From an uncultured Clostridia bacterium (GTDB lineage: Bacteria; Bacillota; Clostridia; JAAYHZ01), in NCBI GenBank assembly GCA_937894465.1, contig CALCRE010000060.1, forward strand, positions 1-48,823: DNA of 48,823 nucleotides, in the 5' to 3' direction. Of the stretch, positions 9,441-18,342 are shown in pieces (positions within the stretch are counted from its first letter, which is position 1; the number at the start of each line of letters is the position of its first letter). Below the pieces are notes generated by a model. The model did not search any database. It saw nothing but the letters and a program-made list of their open reading frames with translations, and was not told the DNA's origin. A program made the position numbers and the translations under genes.

Positions 9441-11159
9441 ATGAGTATATATGGTAAGTATTTTAGAAAATACAAATATCCGTTCTTGGTAGCGGTTTTG
9501 TGTGTTGCTTTAGAAGGGGTATGCGATTTACTCGGCCCTACTTTGATGTCCAACATCATCAACAAGGGAATAGAGAAACAAATGATGTCCGAAGTTTATC
9601 GTTGGGGTGGATTGATGTTGCTAGTGACTCTATTTGGTGCATTTTTCGCAGTGACCAGGAATATTTTCGCCAGCAAAACCTCTCAAAGAATGGGAGCTGA
9701 TTTACGATATGATTTGTTCAAAAAAATCATTAGTTTTTCAGAAGAAGGATCTGATAAGATAGAAAGCGGATCATTAATTACACGAATGACCAATGATACC
9801 GCTCAAGTCATTCAATTTGTGAACGGGATCATGCGTATTTTTTTAAAAGCTCCGATCACCTGTATAGGAAGTATAATCTTCGCGAGTATTCTAAATTTTC
9901 GCCTAAGTTTAATCATTTATGGAGTAGTGGCGGCGGTAGCCGTTCTCATCACCATCAGCATGAAGCTAAGTTACCCTAGGTTTTCCAAGCTACAAGCAGC
10001 AAGGGATAAAATGAATATTGTTGTGCAAGAATATCTTATTGGTGTTCGAGTAGTAAAAGCTTTCGGTACATATAAAGAAGAGACGGAAAAGTTTCATGAT
10101 ACGAATGACTCATTAATGAAAAGAAGTGTATCATCTCAAATGGTTATCACTCTTATTTCTCCCATTATTAATCTAACCGTAGGTATAGGAACTGTCGCAG
10201 TCGTTTATCTCGGTAGTATTCTGTTTCCAATGCAACTTGCCGAACCCGGAGATATCACCGCATTTATTATTTATATGGCACAAATTCTTTCCTCTTTGAT
10301 TATGATCACCAATGTATTCAATGTATTCGTTCGAACCAAGGCTTCCACTGCACGTATTAAAGAAGTATTGGACAGTTCCGAAGACTTTTCAGAAACAGGC
10401 GAAAAGAAAAAAATTACCGGTGACATTGAGTTTCGAAATGTTACTTTTGCCTACCCCGCTGGTAGCGGTGTCCCGGCTGTTAGAAACCTTTCTTTAGTGA
10501 TTGAGCACGGCCAAAACCTTGCCATCATCGGACCGACCGGAAGTGGGAAATCTACCGTTGCATGGCTTTTATTACGGTTTTACGATGTGGACAACGGTCA
10601 GATTTTGATCAACGGTCAAGATATCCGTCAATTGAATGTAAAATCTTTACGAAATCAAATTGCCTTGGTACCGCAAAACCCAATGCTCTTTTCCGGAACC
10701 ATTTCCGAGAACATCAAATGGGGAGATAAACAAGCAACAAACGACTCCATCGATCAAGTTGTAAAAAAGGCTGAAGCCGGTTTCATTTATAACATGCCAA
10801 ACCAATACGACAGTATACTAGGAAGTTCCGGTGTCAATATTTCGGGTGGGCAAAAGCAACGGATCTCCATTGCACGGGGATTAATCAAAGACTCCCCCAT
10901 TCTAATTTTAGATGATGCAACAAGCGCTCTTGATGCCGTCACCGAATCCAAAGTCCGACAAAACTTAAAATCAGATCAAATGGAACGAACGGTTATCACA
11001 ATCACACAGCGTATCGGTACAGCCATGTCATCTGATAAGATCCTTGTAATGGATAACGGCAATAGTGTCGGTTTCGGAACCCACGATGAACTGATGAAAG
11101 AATGCCCGATGTATAAAGATATTTACAAATTACAAATAGAAGGCAGCAAGGAGGCGTGA
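9441..11159 (+). CDS. ABC transporter ATP-binding/permease (type I exporter half-transporter), subunit 1 of a heterodimer
   Basis: N-terminal 6-TMS domain plus NBD with Walker A GPTGSGKST, signature ISGGQKQRISIARGL and Walker B ILILDDATSALD. Confidence 0.9.
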   Translation: MSIYGKYFRKYKYPFLVAVLCVALEGVCDLLGPTLMSNIINKGIEKQMMSEVYRWGGLMLLVTLFGAFFAVTRNIFASKTSQRMGADLRYDLFKKIISFSEEGSDKIESGSLITRMTNDTAQVIQFVNGIMRIFLKAPITCIGSIIFASILNFRLSLIIYGVVAAVAVLITISMKLSYPRFSKLQAARDKMNIVVQEYLIGVRVVKAFGTYKEETEKFHDTNDSLMKRSVSSQMVITLISPIINLTVGIGTVAVVYLGSILFPMQLAEPGDITAFIIYMAQILSSLIMITNVFNVFVRTKASTARIKEVLDSSEDFSETGEKKKITGDIEFRNVTFAYPAGSGVPAVRNLSLVIEHGQNLAIIGPTGSGKSTVAWLLLRFYDVDNGQILINGQDIRQLNVKSLRNQIALVPQNPMLFSGTISENIKWGDKQATNDSIDQVVKKAEAGFIYNMPNQYDSILGSSGVNISGGQKQRISIARGLIKDSPILILDDATSALDAVTESKVRQNLKSDQMERTVITITQRIGTAMSSDKILVMDNGNSVGFGTHDELMKECPMYKDIYKLQIEGSKEA

Positions 11160-11160
11160 T

Positions 11161-13020
11161 ATGGCCCAACAACAACCAAGACAAGATACAAAGGTTCCGT
11201 CATTAAGCAACAGGCCGGCTGGTGGAGGTGCAGGTCGTTTTGCACCGAATGCAAAACCTAAAAACGCAAAGGGAACACTTTTAAGAATTATAAAGATATA
11301 CATGCAATGGGGTAAAACTATATTAGTCGCTATGTTGCTTACGGCCATTGCATCCGGTATTGCCGTAAGTATACCCTACTTTACCGGTAAAACATTTAAT
11401 ACCTTTGATTTACAAACACGTACTGTAAATATTGATGACCTTCTTCGCTTTTTATTAATCCTATTGTCACTTCATGTGTGTTCTTTGACCATCTCATGGA
11501 TCAACGGGATCATTATGCTAAAGGTGTCTCAGAAATTAGTGTTCACGATACGTAATGAAGTGTTTTCCAAAATGCAAAAGCTTCCCTTACAGTTTTATGA
11601 TACCCGCTCACATGGAGATACCATGAGTAGAATCACCAATGACGTGGATAATATTAGCTCCACCATCGCACAAACCACAACTCAATTAGTGTCCAGTATA
11701 CTGACTTTAGCTGGATCATTGATTGTGATGATTTCATTGAGTATTCCTCTCACACTGATTGTTTTATTGGTAATTCCCCTTGTTGCATTGTTAACGAAAT
11801 CCATCGCATCGAAAAGCCGTGCATATTTTAGAGCGCAGTCTAAAAGTTTGGGGGAATTAAACGGTGTAATTGAAGAGAATATCCAAGGACTAAAGATGGT
11901 AAAAGCTTTTGGAAAGCAACAAGATATGCTTAATCAATTTAACGGCATTAACGAACAATTATATGACAACAGTAAAAAAGCTATGATATGGTCCGGATAT
12001 ATGATGCCATTAATGAATGTAATCAATAATTTTGTATTTGCTTTGGTTTCCATCATTGGCGGTATATTGACCATAGAGCAAGGCTTAGTGATTGGCACGG
12101 TAGTTAGCTTTTTAAGTTATTCCAAGCAATTTGCTTTTCCTTTAAATGCTATTGCCGGTATGTTTAACACCATACAATCTGCTTTAGCAGGTGCCGAACG
12201 TGTTTTTGAGTTGTTCGACAGTAAAGAAGAACCTTCTGATCTTCAAGATGCCATTGATATAAAGAACCCAAAAGGGTACGTAGTATTTGATGATGTAAGC
12301 TTTTCCTATAAAATCAATCCTGTCTTAAAAAATATATCATTCCATGTCAATGCAGGTGAGGTGATTGCATTAGTGGGTGAAACCGGTGCAGGTAAGACAA
12401 CCGTAGTGAACTTGTTGACACGATTTTATGATGCGGATAGCGGAGTGATACATATAGACGGAATCCCTATTCATGATATAAAAAGAAACAGTTTGAGAAA
12501 ATGTTTCTCGGTTGTTTTACAAGACACATCACTATTTAGTGGAACGATTTTGGAGAACATCCGCTATTCTCAGCCTGATGCGACAGAACAACAGGTGATC
12601 AAAGCAGCTAAAATAGCGCATGCACATGATTTTATCGACAAGCTTCCTAATGGATATCATACCATGGTTTCCGGATCTACCGACAACTTAAGCCAAGGAC
12701 AGCGCCAGCTCATATCCATCGCACGAGCAGTTTTAAGTGAAAGTCCTATATTGATCTTAGATGAAGCCACCAGCAGTGTTGATACCAAAACCGAGAAGGA
12801 TATCCAAAAAGCTTTGTTAGGATTGATGAAAAATCGTACCAGCTTCCTTATCGCCCACCGATTATCCACCATCAGAGATGCAAATCACATTATGGTGATC
12901 GGTAATGGCTCCATATTAGAAAGAGGAAACCATAAAACCTTGATGCAACATAAAGGTCATTATTATGAAATGGTGACAAGTCAAACTCAGATTAGGGACA
13001 GTTCTCAACAAATTTTATAA
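11161..13020 (+). CDS. ABC transporter ATP-binding/permease, subunit 2 of a heterodimeric exporter, with a basic low-complexity N-terminal extension
   Basis: Walker A GETGAGKTT, signature LSQGQRQLISIARAV, Walker B ILILDEATSSVD. Its start overlaps the upstream stop (TGATATG), indicating translational coupling. Confidence 0.9.
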   Translation: MAQQQPRQDTKVPSLSNRPAGGGAGRFAPNAKPKNAKGTLLRIIKIYMQWGKTILVAMLLTAIASGIAVSIPYFTGKTFNTFDLQTRTVNIDDLLRFLLILLSLHVCSLTISWINGIIMLKVSQKLVFTIRNEVFSKMQKLPLQFYDTRSHGDTMSRITNDVDNISSTIAQTTTQLVSSILTLAGSLIVMISLSIPLTLIVLLVIPLVALLTKSIASKSRAYFRAQSKSLGELNGVIEENIQGLKMVKAFGKQQDMLNQFNGINEQLYDNSKKAMIWSGYMMPLMNVINNFVFALVSIIGGILTIEQGLVIGTVVSFLSYSKQFAFPLNAIAGMFNTIQSALAGAERVFELFDSKEEPSDLQDAIDIKNPKGYVVFDDVSFSYKINPVLKNISFHVNAGEVIALVGETGAGKTTVVNLLTRFYDADSGVIHIDGIPIHDIKRNSLRKCFSVVLQDTSLFSGTILENIRYSQPDATEQQVIKAAKIAHAHDFIDKLPNGYHTMVSGSTDNLSQGQRQLISIARAVLSESPILILDEATSSVDTKTEKDIQKALLGLMKNRTSFLIAHRLSTIRDANHIMVIGNGSILERGNHKTLMQHKGHYYEMVTSQTQIRDSSQQIL

Positions 13021-13033
13021 CAAATATTAAAAA

Positions 13034-13066
13034 GAAAACCGGTTTTACTTTGATAAAACCGGTTTC
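13034..13066. terminator. bidirectional intrinsic terminator
   Basis: GAAAACCGGTTTT-actttgat-AAAACCGGTTTC, a 12-bp stem between convergent genes. Confidence 0.65.
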
Positions 13067-13107
13067 ATTAACTTAACAGATATGCCCATATGCTTTTTTC
13101 TATCTGA

Positions 13108-14418
13108 TTACAAGCGCCATATAAAGGATGCCTGTTTCGAAAAACGATTCAGTAAATCGGATATCTTAAATTCCCTGCAATCATTCATGTAAGTGTGTAC
13201 TTTGTCGTTAAAACCGGCATACCAGTGTTCCGGTAGTTTTTCAAAGCCTGAAAGAGCACCTGCAATGCTACCTGCCGTAGCTCCATTACAATCATTGTCT
13301 AAGCCCATTGCAACGGTTTGGGATAAAACTTTTGTCAAATCATCTCTGCCTATCATTAAACCGAATATTGTCAGGACAGCATTATTAACAGTATGTACTC
13401 CGCTCATACCTTGATACCTATTATCAACAATTTCCCGGGCTTGGCGATAATCGTGTACATTTTTACCTTCCTGGATCGCCCAAGCAATCTCTTTTGCCAA
13501 TGTGCAATTCTCCGGTATTTCCGTCAATCCGATTCTTAACGCTTCCTCTAAATCGTCGGTTGTAAAAGCAGCTGAAATAACTGCCGCAAAATACATAGCA
13601 CCATAAATACCTGTCCTTCTATGGCTGAGCATAGCATCAGTCCAAGCCATTTGCGCAGCCTTCTCCGGCCATCCCGGTGCCATATATCCCCAAGGATCCG
13701 AGCGTATATATGCACCGATCCACAACTGATAGGGGTTATCCTTTTCCCCACATTGATCTGCCGGTATACCCTTCTTTAAATTCTTTAATGCTATATCCTC
13801 GGCGGTATAAGCAACAGGAAGATATTTCACCCATGCTTGTCCAACATTTTCAACTGTAAAGTCCGTACCGTATTGTTCGGCAATCAATAATCCTAAAATA
13901 GTGTATGTTATATCGTCATCTACCGGAACACCGTCCATTTGGTAGCGTAAATATTCTTTTCTTTTGCTGACGCCATAACGTACAGTATCAGGATCCGGTA
14001 TATCCGTCCAATAATCGGTGGGTGGAAATGGTTGATTACATTCTTTAGACCATTCTTCCATTTTTGATATGGGCCATGCCTCAACGATTGCCCCTAATGT
14101 ACAACCTGCCATTCGAGCTAAAAAAGAGCCTTTCAATTTGTCCATATAGATTTCTTCTTTGAAATCATGCCAAATCTTTCTCGGTCCGTCCGGTCGAAGC
14201 TTTTTAATGTCATCTAAAGAATTCGGTTCATTAAAAACCGAATCGGATTCTTCCGGTAGATTATTCACATAATTAATACATGATTTCAATGTATCCTCTA
14301 TTTGTATTAGAGCATGATCAATTCCTATCCCGCCGTTTTCAACTTTCCTCTTTGTGTATAGCTCTAGCTTTCTAAATAGATTCCATATTACATCTGTGTT
14401 TGGATATTTCATTTTCAT
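13108..14418 (-). CDS. ADP-ribosylglycohydrolase (ARH/DraG-like) family protein with an approximately 90-aa N-terminal extension
   Basis: ARH-like motifs GCTLGAIVEAW and MGLDNDCNGATAGSIAGALSG. An alternative start ATG at 14410-14412 is preceded by AAGGGGGA. Confidence 0.7.
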   Translation of the reverse strand: MKMKYPNTDVIWNLFRKLELYTKRKVENGGIGIDHALIQIEDTLKSCINYVNNLPEESDSVFNEPNSLDDIKKLRPDGPRKIWHDFKEEIYMDKLKGSFLARMAGCTLGAIVEAWPISKMEEWSKECNQPFPPTDYWTDIPDPDTVRYGVSKRKEYLRYQMDGVPVDDDITYTILGLLIAEQYGTDFTVENVGQAWVKYLPVAYTAEDIALKNLKKGIPADQCGEKDNPYQLWIGAYIRSDPWGYMAPGWPEKAAQMAWTDAMLSHRRTGIYGAMYFAAVISAAFTTDDLEEALRIGLTEIPENCTLAKEIAWAIQEGKNVHDYRQAREIVDNRYQGMSGVHTVNNAVLTIFGLMIGRDDLTKVLSQTVAMGLDNDCNGATAGSIAGALSGFEKLPEHWYAGFNDKVHTYMNDCREFKISDLLNRFSKQASFIWRL

Positions 14419-14445
14419 CCCCCTTTATGGGTGTTTTTTAACTTT

Positions 14446-14838
14446 TTAACCTTTTATGATTTTTACAAAAATGCTCCTGCTTCTTGGACCATCAAATTCA
14501 CAAAAATATATACCTTGCCATGTGCCTAACATCAGACTTCCGTTTTCAATGATCACTGTGCACGATGAACCGGTCAATGTAGCCTTGAGATGCGCATGAG
14601 AATTCCCTTCCATGTGTAGATATTGACCTTTCACGGGATATGTTTGATTCAAACCGGAAATGATATCTGTGATCACATCAGGATCGGCATCCTCATTAAT
14701 CGTTACTCCGGCGGTAGTATGCGGTACAAACACCATAACAATTCCATCTTTGATTCCTGTTTCCGTCACTGCTTTTTTAACAATGGATGTAATATCATAA
14801 AAGTCCTGATTTTTTATTGTCCTAATATGATATATCAT
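14446..14838 (-). CDS. YjbQ/UPF0047 family protein (secondary thiamine-phosphate synthase-like)
   Basis: 130 aa with the conserved HMEGNSHAHLKATL region. It overlaps the upstream M24 gene by 4 nt. Confidence 0.8.
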   Translation of the reverse strand: MIYHIRTIKNQDFYDITSIVKKAVTETGIKDGIVMVFVPHTTAGVTINEDADPDVITDIISGLNQTYPVKGQYLHMEGNSHAHLKATLTGSSCTVIIENGSLMLGTWQGIYFCEFDGPRSRSIFVKIIKG

Positions 14839-16010
14839 ATTGATTTGTCTCCTAAGAATAAACTGTTCATTTTCTCACTAAAAGGAACAGAACCTTTTTC
14901 AGTGATTAAATAAGCTGTTTCGATACGAACTCCGTTGAAATCCGGATGTCCGAAAAAGCTGACATCAACGCAAACCGTCATACCCGGAACCAGCAAATCT
15001 GTACTATTTGGACCAAAGAAGGGAGCTTCGGCTTCCATGATACCGGTGGTATGTGCAAACGGGCAAACTAAATAAGGAAGATAACCGATTTTATCAAAAT
15101 ATGCTCTTGCAGGCGCATCGATTTCTTTACCGATTTTTCCCGGGACCAATTGCCGTTTGGTTAAGTACAAAGCTTCTTTCATATGTTTAATACATTCCTT
15201 TTGCTGTGGTGTATATTCTCCGGATACAGGTAACGTATCTCCGAAAACTCCGCTATACCCCTTCCATCTCGGAGAGATCCCCAGCATTACCATTTCTCCG
15301 TTTTCCATCACTTTATCCATGGCAGTAGGCACAACAGCATTGGACCTTTTTCCGCTACCTACAATAGTCTTGAAAGCAAACCCGTTTGCACCGAGAGCAC
15401 GTGCTGCCGCTTCTCCTGCCGCTGCAACCTCAAATTCTGCAGCACCGGGTTTTATTTTTTCAATCATAGCATCGTACGCAACATCTGCTAATCGAAAGGC
15501 TTGTTTCATCTGTTCAATTTCCCATTTGCTTTTTACATAACGAAGCCTTAGAAACTCATCGGTGATATCAACAAGCTCAACACCCTTAAAATTTTCTGCA
15601 ACTTCTTTATATACGGAAACCGGCATCTGAGCTGCACCCACCATACCTATTCTTTTTACAGGCTTTCCTTCGCTGATTTCATTAAATAGCTCTGTAAAAT
15701 TAATTATGGTTGCATTTGGATATTCTTCATCCGGAACCATAAAAACAGGGAGATTTCGGGTTTCGCGGATGGCACTATCTTGTTTTGCGAAAGGTTCACT
15801 TTCGGGACCGCCAAGAATGATAGGTGCTCCATCTTTAGGTACCAAAACAGCCCCGCTTTCAAATTGAGGACACCAAGCGGTCAAATACCAACCGTTTGCA
15901 ATATTGAATTCATCGTAATAGATAAAAGCAAAGTCAAGTCGGTTCTTTTCAAGAATGTTTTTTACCTTCAATATTCTGTCGCTGTGTTCTTTAGATTCAT
16001 AATAAACCAT
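14835..16010 (-). CDS. M24 family metallopeptidase (Xaa-Pro aminopeptidase/creatinase-like)
   Basis: 391 aa with N-terminal creatinase-like and C-terminal pita-bread domains (HTTGIMEAEAPF, metal ligands). It begins a 3-gene operon with YjbQ and ARH. Confidence 0.8.
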   Translation of the reverse strand: MVYYESKEHSDRILKVKNILEKNRLDFAFIYYDEFNIANGWYLTAWCPQFESGAVLVPKDGAPIILGGPESEPFAKQDSAIRETRNLPVFMVPDEEYPNATIINFTELFNEISEGKPVKRIGMVGAAQMPVSVYKEVAENFKGVELVDITDEFLRLRYVKSKWEIEQMKQAFRLADVAYDAMIEKIKPGAAEFEVAAAGEAAARALGANGFAFKTIVGSGKRSNAVVPTAMDKVMENGEMVMLGISPRWKGYSGVFGDTLPVSGEYTPQQKECIKHMKEALYLTKRQLVPGKIGKEIDAPARAYFDKIGYLPYLVCPFAHTTGIMEAEAPFFGPNSTDLLVPGMTVCVDVSFFGHPDFNGVRIETAYLITEKGSVPFSEKMNSLFLGDKSI

Positions 16011-16107
16011 AACGCACCTCCAAATAAATACATTTCATTCTAATCGCTCATATAAATACCAATTTATATCTAATATATCGTTTATGTTTTCATTAGTCAA
16101 ATAGAAT

Positions 16108-16153
16108 TAAATGAAAATGAAGAAGCCGGCTTTGATAAACATAAAACCGGCTT
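16108..16153 (-). terminator. intrinsic terminator downstream of the aaRS gene
   Basis: Minus-strand AAGCCGG...CCGGCTT 7-bp stem followed by CTTCATTTTCATTT. Confidence 0.5.
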
Positions 16154-16189
16154 TGAAAATCTTGTCTGCATTTAACTTTGAACAAAAAG

Positions 16190-16204
16190 TTGAGAACCGT
16201 CCCC
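16190..16204 (+). repeat. copy 4 of the TTGAGAACCGTCCCC motif (half-site, directly after the aaRS stop)
   Basis: Exact 15-mer. On the minus strand it reads GGGGACGGTTCTCAAC followed by TTTTTG. Confidence 0.8.
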
Positions 16205-16205
16205 T

Positions 16206-17531
16206 TTATGGTTCTAGTCTTTCGGTATCTCTCGGGAATAAGGTTGCCTGCCGGACATTCGGCAAGTCAAGTAATCTTGCAGTGAATCGTTCCAAGCCCA
16301 ACCCTAATCCCCCATGGGGCGGTAGACCATATTGATGAGCCATCAAATAACTTTTAAAAAGATCGACATTCATGCCTCTGTTTTTCATTTTCTCCACTTG
16401 TTCATCGTAATCATGAATCCTTTGTCCACCGGTGGTAATCTCCAGCCCTCTGAACAAAAGGTCAAAGCTTTCCGTCACATTCGAATTACCGGGTGTTTCC
16501 ATTGCATAAAAAGGTCTTTTAGATGACTTATACCGGGTTACAAAAACAAACTCACTACCGGTTTCTTTTTTAATAAGATCACACAGTAATTTTTCTTCCT
16601 CGGGTTCAAAGTCTTCCATGTCGGTACTGACTCGCTTGTATGTTTTCTCAAGCATACATTTTGCATCTTCAAAATCCACGGCAGGAATCTGATTCACCGT
16701 AGGTATTTTAACCTTGAGCAAATTAAGTTCATATGCATAATGAGCCTGTAGAAAATCCAAAGTCTCAATAAGCATTTTTGTTTCATATGTCATAATTTCC
16801 GTATAGTTCTCAATGAAACCTACTTCAAAGTCCACACTTGTATATTCATTAATATGTCTTGCGGTATGATGCTTCTCTGCTCTGAAAACCGGGGCTATTT
16901 CAAAAACCCTTTCAAAGACGCCCACCATCATTTGTTTGTAAAATTGAGGACTTTGAGCAAGATAAGCTTCCTTACCAAAATAGTCCAGCTTGAAAATATT
17001 GGCACCGCCTTCTGCCCCTGAATATACAATTTTAGGTGTATGGATTTCAGTAAAATTGTTTTCCCCAAAAAACTTTCTAAAGCCGCTACACAAACCTTCT
17101 TGTATTTTGAAAATAGCTCGTTCCCTTTCATTTCTCAATGTAATAGGGCGGTATTGAAGCAATATGTCCAATGATACACCCACTTGCCGGTTGTTAATAA
17201 CAATCGGTGTTTGTTCCACCGGTGCGGAGAGTTTTTTGATACTCTTCATACGAAGTTCACAACCGGTAGAACTCCGCTCTTCCGATATCACAACTGCTGT
17301 CAGCAATACACTCATATTGCACACAAGGTCAGAAAGAGGAAATAAAGAAAATTCTTCACTCCAAACACACTGAACCATATGCCTCTTCGTTTGTAACAAC
17401 ACAAAAGCAAAACCGCTCATTTCCCTAATCTTATAAATCACTCCTTGTAGGGATACCTCTTTACCGATAAAATCAATAAAATGTTCAGCTTCAACCCGAT
17501 TGTTTTCTATATTACCATTTATATAAATCAT
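16206..17531 (-). CDS. class IIb aminoacyl-tRNA synthetase, archaeal-type AspRS (AspRS2)/AsnRS-like
   Basis: N-terminal OB-fold region, motif 2 FRAEKHHTARHINEYTSVDFEVGF, and a C-terminus GGLGLGLERFTARLLDLPNVRQATLFPRDTERLEP typical of type-2 AspRS/AsnRS. 441 aa. Confidence 0.75.
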   Translation of the reverse strand: MIYINGNIENNRVEAEHFIDFIGKEVSLQGVIYKIREMSGFAFVLLQTKRHMVQCVWSEEFSLFPLSDLVCNMSVLLTAVVISEERSSTGCELRMKSIKKLSAPVEQTPIVINNRQVGVSLDILLQYRPITLRNERERAIFKIQEGLCSGFRKFFGENNFTEIHTPKIVYSGAEGGANIFKLDYFGKEAYLAQSPQFYKQMMVGVFERVFEIAPVFRAEKHHTARHINEYTSVDFEVGFIENYTEIMTYETKMLIETLDFLQAHYAYELNLLKVKIPTVNQIPAVDFEDAKCMLEKTYKRVSTDMEDFEPEEEKLLCDLIKKETGSEFVFVTRYKSSKRPFYAMETPGNSNVTESFDLLFRGLEITTGGQRIHDYDEQVEKMKNRGMNVDLFKSYLMAHQYGLPPHGGLGLGLERFTARLLDLPNVRQATLFPRDTERLEP

Positions 17532-17873
17532 AAAATTATAATCCTCCTAATCTAGATTCTTTGACAAAAATTGTATTTCCAAAATCTTTAAAGAGGAGGT
17601 CTGTCCCGGCATCATCTATATGCCGCATTATCATCACATCCTTTTATAAATAAAAAAGTCACATAGATATTAAAACCTATGCGACATGATTGTTCAAGTA
17701 ATACATGGAATCAGCAGAAGAAAAGGCGCACAGGCATGTGTAATCAAAGCACTTGTACCTGTGACAACTTTGTCAAGGACAAGTGCTAACGATCATCATC
17801 TGTTCTTTTATAACAGTACCTGTTCATCTAAAAAATCCCATCATTTAAAATATTAATTTAGCGGTATTATATA
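17532..17873 (-). promoter_or_regulatory. 342-nt structured 5' leader of the aaRS gene with an internal intrinsic terminator and a 32-codon uORF; not a canonical T-box
   Basis: Possible promoter TTGCGC-17-TATAAT at the upstream end. Nested hairpins (AGCACTTGT...ACAAGTGCT enclosing TGACAA-agt-TTGTCA). Terminator GTCGCATAGG-loop-CTATGTGAC plus TTTTTTATTT about 140 nt before the ATG. uORF MIMRHIDDAGTDLLFKDFGNTIFVKESRLGGL ends 5 nt before the aaRS ATG. Confidence 0.5.
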
Positions 17874-18236
17874 CTATTTCGAAAATTGGCGCAACTGTAC
17901 GGAAACTCCGTTCGGATCGTAAACATAAAAGTATCGAGTTCCGTCTTTAGGGTCTTGTACAGGAGAAGGATTCAATCCTTTATCAGTGACAAGCTGATGC
18001 ATTTCATCTAATTTGTTCGTCTCAAAGCAGATGAACCACCCTTTTCCTTCAAATTTTTGTCCTTGCGGCATGTATATAAGTTCAATTTCGGTTTCTCCTT
18101 CACCATGTGCCAAGAATGCAATTTCCCATTGATCTCCTTTTTCACGACGCTTCACTGATAACTCCGTTACACACTCATAGAATTTTATCGATTCATCAAT
18201 ATTGTTGACCTTTATAGCCAAGTGTTTAATATGCAT
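17874..18236 (-). CDS. VOC/glyoxalase-bleomycin resistance family protein
   Basis: 120 aa, glyoxalase-like fold, family assignment from overall similarity (MHIKHLAIKVNNIDESIKFY...). Confidence 0.75.
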   Translation of the reverse strand: MHIKHLAIKVNNIDESIKFYECVTELSVKRREKGDQWEIAFLAHGEGETEIELIYMPQGQKFEGKGWFICFETNKLDEMHQLVTDKGLNPSPVQDPKDGTRYFYVYDPNGVSVQLRQFSK

Positions 18237-18342
18237 TTTAATACTCCTCCACGTCAGTTATATATAAAACTTTTTATTTGAAAATTAATTTTATCTATAT
18301 GTTACCACATAAAATCAAATTCAACTCATCAATTGCTTAATT

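Noticed and set aside
16111-16335. 74-aa plus ORF overlapping the aaRS 3' end and the terminator region
   Set aside because: It overlaps a strongly supported gene on the opposite strand and contains the repeat element. There is no RBS.
17532-17873. T-box riboswitch upstream of the AspRS/AsnRS gene
   Set aside because: The conserved T-box core (AANNNGGGUGGNACCGCG) is absent. No GGGTGG occurs on the leader strand. The region is retained as a regulatory leader of unknown class.
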